Shown: one piece after another, positions 38,024 through 45,844 of the stretch
Numbering within the stretch: position 1 is the stretch's first letter
Layout of the letters: every line of letters starts with the position of its first letter
Assembly: GCA_038062835.1 (NCBI GenBank)
Contig: JBBTWH010000003.1
Coordinates: forward strand, 2,666-66,665
Origin: Patescibacteria group bacterium
Lineage (GTDB): Bacteria; Patescibacteriota; Patescibacteriia; SG8-24; DYFX01
Direction of reading: 5' to 3'
DNA length: 64,000 nucleotides
Made by a program: the position numbers and the translations under genes
The notes under the pieces: model-generated
What the model was told of the DNA's origin: nothing
Databases searched by the model: none
What the model saw: the letters and a program-made list of their open reading frames with translations, nothing else

Positions 38024-39278
38024 GTTTCGCGCGATACCTGATCGGTACCACGGGGCCCCGGTGTGCGAGCGCGGGGTCTTTTTCGTCATAGAGCGCGACC
38101 AGGCGCTCTGCGTGCCGGTCTTCCGTCAGGAGCTCGGCGGAGCGGCGGGCGGCCTTGGATCGGCCGGGCCAGGCACCCTTCTCGTCGCAGGCGCGCTTCA
38201 GCGCGGCGACGAGGGCGGCGACGTTCCCCGCCTCGAAGACGAGGCCGTTCTCGCCGTGACGCACCAGCTCGGCGGCGCCTCCGATGTCGGCCACGATCAC
38301 GGGCACGCCGTAGGCGAACGATTCGACGATGACGGTCGGGGCGTTCTCGTAGCAGAGCGAGGGCACGACGGCGTAGTCCGCCTTCGAGAACATCTCCATG
38401 AACTGCGTGGGGCTCTTCTTGCCGTAGAAGGCGACGCGGACATCCTTGCCGGCGGCCCGTCTGGCCTCGTCGGCGGCCGCGCCGGATCCGACCACGTCGA
38501 GACGGATCTTGGGACGGTCCTTGCTCAGGCGGCGGAACGCCTCGACGAGGAGCAGGATACCCTTGTGCGTCTCGATCTGGCCGAGGAACAGGAAGCGCGT
38601 CTCGACGGACGGCGCGTGCGGGGCGGGACGGACGCGAGGCGCGGGGTTCGGCAGGAAGACGGCCTGCGAGGCCGGGAAGAACCCGCGGACGCGGTAGAAA
38701 TCCAGCAGGAACTTCGACGGGGAGATGACGGCGTCGGGCGAACCCAACGCGCGGCGCGCGGAACGCGCGAACAGCGCCGAGACCGGGTCGGTCACGCCGA
38801 GACCGCTCTCCCTGCCCTTGATGATGAGGCCGGACGGCGCCGCGAGCTGGACGTCATGCAGGGTGTGCACGTGGCGGATGCCGAGCGAACGGATGACGCG
38901 CGGGACGGAGAGGCCGATGCCTTTGAGGCTGTGCGTGTGTACGACGTCGGGACGTTCTTTCTTCAAGATCGCCTCGACGCATTCAGCGGCGTGCGGGTTC
39001 CAGGCGTCCCATGCGTGCCAGAGCAGGCGCGACGGCGCGGAGTGGCGGCCGATGTCGCCGTAGAAGAAAAGGTTGAGCGGATGGAACCGCCAGACGCGGA
39101 TGCCGCCTTCGTCCGTCATCCGCGGAGCGACGCTCCCGTCGTCGCGCACCGGTTCGGCGGTGATGACGCAGACGTCGTGGCCGATGGCCTTGAGCGCCCT
39201 GGCTTCAGTCTCGACGACGCGCTCCGCTCCGCCGCGGGCGTAGGGAGGATATAAATTCGAAATCAGGCAGATGCGCAT
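37998..39278 (-). CDS. Glycosyltransferase family 4
   Basis: YPPYARGGAE, HKG and PSLCYENAPTVIVES. Confidence 0.93.
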   Translation of the reverse strand: MRICLISNLYPPYARGGAERVVETEARALKAIGHDVCVITAEPVRDDGSVAPRMTDEGGIRVWRFHPLNLFFYGDIGRHSAPSRLLWHAWDAWNPHAAECVEAILKKERPDVVHTHSLKGIGLSVPRVIRSLGIRHVHTLHDVQLAAPSGLIIKGRESGLGVTDPVSALFARSARRALGSPDAVISPSKFLLDFYRVRGFFPASQAVFLPNPAPRVRPAPHAPSVETRFLFLGQIETHKGILLLVEAFRRLSKDRPKIRLDVVGSGAAADEARRAAGKDVRVAFYGKKSPTQFMEMFSKADYAVVPSLCYENAPTVIVESFAYGVPVIVADIGGAAELVRHGENGLVFEAGNVAALVAALKRACDEKGAWPGRSKAARRSAELLTEDRHAERLVALYDEKDPALAHRGPVVPIRYRAKPTGAYTGR

Positions 39279-39372
39279 GCGCAGTAAGTATAGCAAAATC
39301 GTCCCCTCATTGACATCCTCATGCGTCATTCCGTAAGAACATCCCGTTACCGAAATTCAACCCCTGTCGCAA

Positions 39373-39894
39373 ATGCGTAACAAGAGGGAAACGGCACGGT
39401 TCTTGAATGAGGCTTTGGAAGCCGCTTCCTTCGGATTTGATGTGCTGCTGACGACCAGGAGCCACCAGCGCGTCCTTGCCGGACAAGGACTTGAAGGCAT
39501 ATGCAGAGTCGTCACCGAGCGCCGGGCGCGTGAAACGCGCGCCTGGCTCCGCGCCGCCAAACGAGCCCGACTTATCAAAATCACGCGCGCCGGGGATCGG
39601 ATGAAGGTCGCTTTGGCCCCGAAAGGCCGACGTATGCTGCTGGAAATGCGGATCCGTTCCGCGCCTCGTCTTCGCGGCGCGGAAAAGACATATGTCGCTT
39701 TCGATTTTCCTATCCCGCAAAGAAGCGCTCGTGACGCCTTCCGGCGTTTTCTGAAACGCACGGGATTCATAAAAATCCAAATGAGCCTTTGGTCTATTGG
39801 TCGGGACGCGGCGAAACCTATGCGGGACCTGCTCACGCGGGTAGGCGCTCGTGATTGGGTACGCGTCTTTCACGGAACCGAAAAAACGGCGTGA
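39373..39894 (+). CDS. PaaX-like protein (wHTH plus Cas2-like domain)
   Basis: LAPKG; VAFDFP...RDAFRRFLKRTGFIKIQMSLW. Confidence 0.75.
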   Translation: MRNKRETARFLNEALEAASFGFDVLLTTRSHQRVLAGQGLEGICRVVTERRARETRAWLRAAKRARLIKITRAGDRMKVALAPKGRRMLLEMRIRSAPRLRGAEKTYVAFDFPIPQRSARDAFRRFLKRTGFIKIQMSLWSIGRDAAKPMRDLLTRVGARDWVRVFHGTEKTA

Positions 39895-39927
39895 ACCGTT
39901 TTGCGACAGGTGACGTAAAACGGTTCA
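39892..39927. promoter_or_regulatory. 36-bp imperfect palindrome, core TGCGACA-GG-TGACGTA
   Basis: tgaaccgttt-tgcgacaggtgacgta-aaacggttca; related copy at 51240-51267. Confidence 0.6.
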
Positions 39928-41004
39928 GGGTCGGTTTCCGGCGATGGCGGAGATGACGGCGCGATCGGCCGCGTGTCGGGCGTAGAGGCGTTCAGCGCGG
40001 TCGCGGGCCGCTCGGCCCATCGCGGCGGAGCGGGACTGATTATCGAACAGGCTGCCGATCGCTTCGACCAGCTTCTCGGGATCTGACGGCGGGGCGAGCA
40101 GACCAGTCACGCCCGGCTCGATGACGGAACGGACGCCGGGGAGGTCGCTGACGACGGACGGGACGCCGCTGGCCATGGCTTCGAGCGTGACGATGCCGAA
40201 CGCCTCGGAGCGGTCAATCGACGGCAGGACGTGGACGGCGGCGGATCGATATAGCGACGGGAGCTCGGCGTCCGGCACGCGTCCTAGGAATTTCACGCGA
40301 CCTTCGATGCCGAGCGCTTTCGCGCGGGCCTCGTAATCGGTACGCATGTCGCCGTCGCCAGCCACGAGCAGTCTGGCGCCGGGGACGCGGGCGACAGTCT
40401 TGGCGAACGCTTCGAGCAGGACAGTCACACCCTTGAAGTAGTGGGCACGGTCGAGACCGCCGACGAAGAGAACGGTCGGCTCGCCCTTCGGAGCATCGGG
40501 GCCAGGAACGAAACGTTCCGTATCCACGCCGAACGGCGTCTCGTGCACGCGGGCGTCGTCCTTGAAAGACGCCGCCTGCGACGAGGCGAGGTAGTCGCGG
40601 CTCGCCGTCAGGATGACGTCGGCGGATGCGAGGATCGTCCGCAGGAACAGCCTGCGGTACAGGCGGAAGACGGCACCTGCGAATCCCGTACCGACGGCGT
40701 CCATGTGGTACATGACGGCCAGGCGCGCGCGGCGGCCGAACATCTTCTTCCAAAGCCAGACCCATTCGGCGCCTCCGAAGAACGGATAGTGCAGTTCGAC
40801 GACGTCGAATCCGCGCAGTTTCCAGAGCAGCTGCGGCGCGCAAGCGGAATTTCCGACGCGGAACAGCGGACGCAGGTTCACTCCCGGCGCGAAAACGACG
40901 ACGTCATGTCCGGCGGACTTGAGCGCCTCGACGTGCGAGGCTGCGGCGTTGCCCATGCCGCCGCGATAGGGCGGATACGTCGATGCGACGACTGCGACGC
41001 GCAT
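39925..41004 (-). CDS. Glycosyltransferase family 4
   Basis: YPPYRGGM, HYFKG and PSIDRSEAFGIVTLEAMA. Confidence 0.93.
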   Translation of the reverse strand: MRVAVVASTYPPYRGGMGNAAASHVEALKSAGHDVVVFAPGVNLRPLFRVGNSACAPQLLWKLRGFDVVELHYPFFGGAEWVWLWKKMFGRRARLAVMYHMDAVGTGFAGAVFRLYRRLFLRTILASADVILTASRDYLASSQAASFKDDARVHETPFGVDTERFVPGPDAPKGEPTVLFVGGLDRAHYFKGVTVLLEAFAKTVARVPGARLLVAGDGDMRTDYEARAKALGIEGRVKFLGRVPDAELPSLYRSAAVHVLPSIDRSEAFGIVTLEAMASGVPSVVSDLPGVRSVIEPGVTGLLAPPSDPEKLVEAIGSLFDNQSRSAAMGRAARDRAERLYARHAADRAVISAIAGNRP

Positions 41005-41006
41005 AG

Positions 41007-42101
41007 CTACCAGAAGAGGACGAGACGAACCAGCGTCCAATACATGGAGAACAGCGGGTTGGCGACGCGCGTCAGCAGCGTCGGCTGCATCTGCTGGAAG
41101 AGTATGCTTCCGGTGAAAAGCTTCGTCGCCTCTCGATCGGAAATCTTGCGGAGAGCCTGCACGCGCGCGCGGGCTTCGATCAGCTTCATACAGCCGGTCG
41201 GCGACAGGAAGTGGGCATAGGCGCGCAGCTTCTCCCGCCACCAGCCGCCCTTGAAAGCGAACGCCCAGAGGCCGAGCTCCATCGCCAGGAAGGCCGGGAG
41301 CGTCAGGAGCAGCGTCGGAAGGCGGAACATGCGCAGAATGACGATGAGCCGGTTGCGCTCCATCCAGAAATATTTCTTGATGCTGCGGGAGAACTCGTAT
41401 TTGTGGAAGACGACGGACGCCGGCGCGAGCACGACGCGCCAGCCCGCCAGGCGCGCGCGCCAGGAAAACTCGAGGTCCTCGTGATAGGCGAACAGCTCCT
41501 CGTCGAGCAGGCCGACCTCGCGGAGCGTCGCGGCGCGCATCAGCATGCCGGCGCCGCTGGCGTAGGCGATATCGCGGACATGGAGCTTCGCTTGCACCGA
41601 CGGGTCATGGAACGGCACGGACTCGCCGCCGGCGTATCCGAAGCCGAGGAAGTGGATCTCGTTGCCGTAGGTGTTCACCAGTTCGGTCCTGGGGTGGAGT
41701 CGCAAGAGGCTCTGTACGACACCGATGTCAGGGTCACCTTCGGCGACGCGCACGGCTTCCTCGAGAAATCCAGGCTGCGCTTCAGTATCTGGGTTCAGCA
41801 GATAGACGTAGTCGTAGCCCTCCTCGAGCGCGCGGCGGATGGCCTGATTGTTGCCTCCGGAAAATCCGAGGTTGTCGGCGTTCTTGAAAAAGACGCATGG
41901 GAATCCTTCCTTGGTGGCCGTGCCGTCCTCGGAAAGCAGTTCGCGCGCGATGAAGTCGCCGCTGCCGTCGGGACTGGCGTTATCGACGATCATCAACGTC
42001 GCCGCGCCGGGTTCGATGCCCGCTTCCGCGACGGCGCGAAAACAATCGGCCAGGTAGCGGCCGTGGTTCCAGGAAACGACGATGACGGCGGTCCTTTTCA
42101 T
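41007..42101 (-). CDS. Glycosyltransferase family 2
   Basis: IVDNASPDGS, NLGFSGGNN, LLNPD and YHEDLE. Confidence 0.93.
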   Translation of the reverse strand: MKRTAVIVVSWNHGRYLADCFRAVAEAGIEPGAATLMIVDNASPDGSGDFIARELLSEDGTATKEGFPCVFFKNADNLGFSGGNNQAIRRALEEGYDYVYLLNPDTEAQPGFLEEAVRVAEGDPDIGVVQSLLRLHPRTELVNTYGNEIHFLGFGYAGGESVPFHDPSVQAKLHVRDIAYASGAGMLMRAATLREVGLLDEELFAYHEDLEFSWRARLAGWRVVLAPASVVFHKYEFSRSIKKYFWMERNRLIVILRMFRLPTLLLTLPAFLAMELGLWAFAFKGGWWREKLRAYAHFLSPTGCMKLIEARARVQALRKISDREATKLFTGSILFQQMQPTLLTRVANPLFSMYWTLVRLVLFW

Positions 42102-42427
42102 TCCTTGAGGTCCTTGAGCGCGAGCTCGCGGGCAAGCTCGGTGATCTGTCGTTCCTGGTCCTCGACTCGCGCGAACAGGCGGAATTGGAGATAAAAAAGC
42201 GCGGCGATGGAGAGGTAGACGACGACGTCAGCCCCGCGGCCGACGCCGAGAAGGCGCGCGGCTTCTGAAGCGGTCTCCGGACGCGTCACGACGGAGGCGA
42301 CTGCGGCCCACAGGAGCGTCCAGAGCGTGAGCTGCCGGAAGCCGATGCTTCTGCGACGGAAACGCGAGACGGCCGCGACGAAACCGAAGACGGCGACAGC
42401 GATCAGGATGATCTGGATGACGGTCAT
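42098..42427 (-). CDS. DUF2304 family membrane protein
   Basis: LLGVGRGAD...QITELARELAL; paired with a DPM-like GT2. Confidence 0.88.
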   Translation of the reverse strand: MTVIQIILIAVAVFGFVAAVSRFRRRSIGFRQLTLWTLLWAAVASVVTRPETASEAARLLGVGRGADVVVYLSIAALFYLQFRLFARVEDQERQITELARELALKDLKE

Positions 42428-42428
42428 A

Positions 42429-43103
42429 TCAGTCCAGGAAGCGGCGAAGGATGAGCTTGAGCGCCGTCTGCACGCCCACCGCGAAATTCTGCCCTTTCGA
42501 CAGGGAGTAATCGGTGTAGACGGCCTCGATCGGGATTTCCGCCAGGCGGAGGCGCTTGTCGACGATCTCCTTCACGAACTCCGAAGAGACTTCCATGCGC
42601 GAGGAGCGGAGACGGATGCGCTCGGCGGCGGCGCGCGTCATGCCGCGCAGGCCGCTCTGGCTGTCGGTCACCCATCTGCGGAAGAGGACGTAGGTGAGCG
42701 CGTTGCCGAGGAACTGGGCGAGGCGGCGGCGCGCCGGCATGTTCCCCTTGCCTTCAAGCATGCGCGAACCGATGACGAAATCGACGTCGCCCTCCGTGAG
42801 GCGATCGAAGGCCGCCTTGGCCGCCTCGGCGCGGTGCTGGCCGTCGGCGTCCATCGTGACGATGGCGTCCGCGCCGAGCCGGAGCGCGCCTTCGATGCCC
42901 GTACCGAGCGCGCCGCCGAGCCCTCGGTTGACGGCGTGGCGGACGACCGTCGCGCCCGCGGCCGCGGCGATCTCGGAAGTGCGGTCGGAAGAACCGTCGT
43001 CCACGACCAAGACGCGGTCGGCGACATGGAGCGCGCCGCGCACCGCTTCGCCGATCGTCTTCTCCTCGTTGTAGGCCGGAATGACGATGACTCTCTTTTC
43101 CAT
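42429..43103 (-). CDS. Polyprenol-phosphate glycosyltransferase (DPM synthase-like GT2)
   Basis: IPAYNEE, VDDGSSD, MDADGQH and DSQSGLR. Confidence 0.92.
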   Translation of the reverse strand: MEKRVIVIPAYNEEKTIGEAVRGALHVADRVLVVDDGSSDRTSEIAAAAGATVVRHAVNRGLGGALGTGIEGALRLGADAIVTMDADGQHRAEAAKAAFDRLTEGDVDFVIGSRMLEGKGNMPARRRLAQFLGNALTYVLFRRWVTDSQSGLRGMTRAAAERIRLRSSRMEVSSEFVKEIVDKRLRLAEIPIEAVYTDYSLSKGQNFAVGVQTALKLILRRFLD

Positions 43104-43104
43104 C

Positions 43105-44112
43105 CTACATGTTACGGGCCAAGCCCTTGGTCACGAGCGTGTATTCGATGGACCGCTTGAGGCCGTCTTCGAGTCGCACGAGCGGAATCCAGCCCAGCTC
43201 GTCGCCGGCCTTCCGGATGTCCGGCAATCCGAGCTGCGTCATGAAAAGCAGCGGAGCCTCGAAGACCAGTTTGGATTTGGAGTTCGTCATGGCGATGACC
43301 TTGCGCGCCACGTCCGCCAGATGGATGTCCTCGTCGCCGCCGAAATTCACGGGTCCGGGGTTCTTGCTCGTCTTCATGAGGCGCGCGATGCCGTCGACGA
43401 CGTCAGTGACGTAGACGAGCGACGTGCTGAATTTCTCGTCGCCGTAGACCACGAGGTCGCGCCCTTCGAGCGCGTCGATCACGAAGTCCGGGACCATCTC
43501 GCCGTCGTTCAGGCGCTGGCGCGTGCCATAGGTGCGGAAGATGCGCGCGACGCGGATGTCGAGGCCGAAGACGGACGCATAGGTGAAGCAGGCGCTCTCG
43601 GCCCACTTCTTGCCTTCGTCGTAGCAGGCGCGCGGCGAGGCGTGGTCGGTGACGCCGAGATCGGTCTCGACGAACTTTCCGCCTTCGGCGCGGCGCGGCC
43701 CGTAGACGACGGACGTCGAGGCGTGCAGGAGGCGCGCCTTGTGCTTCACGGCCATGTCGAGCACGTTGCGCATGCCGACGGAGTTCGCGAGGTACGTCTG
43801 GATGCGGAGGTTGTCGAACTTCTTGGCCGAAGTCGGGCAGGCCAAGTGATAGACTTCCTGGATGCCGCGGACGTTGATCTTGAAACGCGCGAGTTCAGGG
43901 AAGGACTCAAGGTCGAACGGCTCGTTGATGTCGAGCTTGATGAACTCGAAATCCGGGTTCTTCAGCATCGCTTCGATGTTGGAGACCTCGGAGGTGATGA
44001 AGCTGTCGACGCAGATGACCTGGTGGCCGTCAGCCAAGAGGCGCTCGCACAGGTGCGAACCGATGAAACCGGCCCCACCGGTCACGACTGCCACTCGTTT
44101 CTCGTCCGCCAT
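43105..44112 (-). CDS. NAD-dependent epimerase/decarboxylase (UDP-glucuronate decarboxylase-like)
   Basis: VTGGAGFIGSHL, YHLACPTS and RACYDEGK. Confidence 0.88.
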   Translation of the reverse strand: MADEKRVAVVTGGAGFIGSHLCERLLADGHQVICVDSFITSEVSNIEAMLKNPDFEFIKLDINEPFDLESFPELARFKINVRGIQEVYHLACPTSAKKFDNLRIQTYLANSVGMRNVLDMAVKHKARLLHASTSVVYGPRRAEGGKFVETDLGVTDHASPRACYDEGKKWAESACFTYASVFGLDIRVARIFRTYGTRQRLNDGEMVPDFVIDALEGRDLVVYGDEKFSTSLVYVTDVVDGIARLMKTSKNPGPVNFGGDEDIHLADVARKVIAMTNSKSKLVFEAPLLFMTQLGLPDIRKAGDELGWIPLVRLEDGLKRSIEYTLVTKGLARNM

Positions 44113-44156
44113 ACGGCAAAAATCGCGTAATTAAAGGGTAGGCCAAGTATACGTCC

Positions 44157-45785
44157 CTAGGTACCCGTGGGCAACAGGTTCTTGTCGTGGTCGATGGTCG
44201 GGACGCGGCTGCGCTCGGCTTCCGGCTCGTAATCGAAGACGGACTGGATGGCCGGTCCGACGCGGTAGTTGATGAAGAACGCCTCCGAAATGTCGTCGAT
44301 CTTGGTGTTCCATTCCGGGCCGTAGAGGCCCTCCGCGACCGCTTCAGACGTCACGTGCCGCAGGAGTCCGTTACGGCTCACGGCGTAGATCTTAGGATCG
44401 GTCTGGATCTTCAGCATCCTGTAGCCCGGACGGTACGTGACGTTGCCTCCGAGCTGATAGCGCGCCATCTCGTCGCGGCCGATGACGCGGACGGTCGGGG
44501 TGACGGGGAACCACGAACGGAACGTCTTCTCGTTCGGGAAGACGTAGCGGCGTCCGTCACCCGCCAGATAATAGACGGCGGAAGAAGCGGCGGTCTTGAT
44601 CAGACGTCCGCGCCACGATGGGGACTCGGGGAGCGGCGCGGGCGGATGTCCGCCGCCCAAGAGCGCGGCCTGGACGGCCTTGACGGCCGCGGCCGCATCG
44701 ACTTGTCCGGCGCCGAGATGCCCCGCGTACGGGCCGTTCAGCTGGTTCACGTCCTTGGAGGTCGCGCGCAGGACGTCGCGCAGGGCGTCGGCGTCGAGAG
44801 TCGGATCCATCGACGCGACGAGCGCGGCCACGCCGGAGACGACCGGCGCCGAGAGCGACGAGCCGAACCAGGAATCGCCGTAGGCCTGGTCGAAGCCGGA
44901 GATGGCGGGGCGATATGCCTGGGTCGTGAAGAAGCTCTCGCCAGGGGCGGAGATGCCGACGCAATCGGAACCGTAGCTGGAGAAGCTCGACTTCGCGCCG
45001 TTGCGGTCGAGCGAGGCGACGCCGAGGACGAGCCGCTCGCCGTTCGGTCCGCGATAGCAGGCGGGATACGACGGATAGATGTTGAGATCGCCTCCCTTGT
45101 CGGTGTCGCCTTCGTTGCCCGCGGCTGCGACGACGAGTATGCCGGCGTCGTGCGCCGCGCGCAGCGCGTCGGCGAGGGTCTGGCTGTAGTTCTGTCCGGT
45201 GAAGCTGACGTTGATGACTTTGGCCTTGGCCGCGACGGCGTAGCGGATGGCGCGCACGACTCCGAGCGTGTTGCCTGATCCGTCGGCATCGAGGACGCGC
45301 AGCGGCATGATGCCGACGTTCCAGTTGATGCCGACGATGCCTTCGGCGTTCCCGCCGGCGGCACCGATGATGCCCGCGACGAGCGTGCCGTGGTTCGCGC
45401 CGTCTTTGGCGCTGCCGGCACCGATTTCCGGATTCGGATCTGAATCGCCGTCGACGAAATCCCAGCCCCGCGCATCGTCGACGTAGCCGTTGCGGTCGTC
45501 GTCGATGCCGTTGCCGGCTATCTCGCCCGGATTCCTCCAGATGCGGTCGCGCAGGTCCGGGTGCATGAGGTCCACGCCTGAATCGAGCACGGCCACCGTG
45601 ACCGTCGGCGAGCCCTTGGCGAAATCCCAGGCTTCGGGAAGCCTGACGGCGTTCAGGTACCACTGCTCGCCGAAAAGCGGATCGTCAGGCACGGCGGCCA
45701 GGACAGGCTGGATGATGAAAGCGAAAAACAGGGCCGTCGTCGCGGCATATCGCGCAAAAACCTCGTAAATACGGCATTTTCCCAT
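44157..45785 (-). CDS. Secreted S8 subtilase with C-terminal shared surface domain
   Basis: VLDSG, HGTLVAG, AAAGN and GSSLSAPVVSG; C-terminal AVYY..DGRRYVF..GGNVTYRPG domain. Start 45785 or 45809. Confidence 0.9.
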   Translation of the reverse strand: MGKCRIYEVFARYAATTALFFAFIIQPVLAAVPDDPLFGEQWYLNAVRLPEAWDFAKGSPTVTVAVLDSGVDLMHPDLRDRIWRNPGEIAGNGIDDDRNGYVDDARGWDFVDGDSDPNPEIGAGSAKDGANHGTLVAGIIGAAGGNAEGIVGINWNVGIMPLRVLDADGSGNTLGVVRAIRYAVAAKAKVINVSFTGQNYSQTLADALRAAHDAGILVVAAAGNEGDTDKGGDLNIYPSYPACYRGPNGERLVLGVASLDRNGAKSSFSSYGSDCVGISAPGESFFTTQAYRPAISGFDQAYGDSWFGSSLSAPVVSGVAALVASMDPTLDADALRDVLRATSKDVNQLNGPYAGHLGAGQVDAAAAVKAVQAALLGGGHPPAPLPESPSWRGRLIKTAASSAVYYLAGDGRRYVFPNEKTFRSWFPVTPTVRVIGRDEMARYQLGGNVTYRPGYRMLKIQTDPKIYAVSRNGLLRHVTSEAVAEGLYGPEWNTKIDDISEAFFINYRVGPAIQSVFDYEPEAERSRVPTIDHDKNLLPTGT

Positions 45786-45844
45786 GCTTTTTTGTCCTGA
45801 GATTGCCATCAGTGTAGCCGAAGGCGATGCGCTTCACAAGCGTC

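Noticed and set aside
39373-39894. CRISPR Cas2
   Set aside because: It has an N-terminal wHTH-like extension typical of PaaX-like proteins, and there is no cas1 or array.
44860-44890. Inactive S8 protease (GSSLS instead of GTSMA)
   Set aside because: The catalytic Asp, His, oxyanion Asn and Ser positions are all retained.
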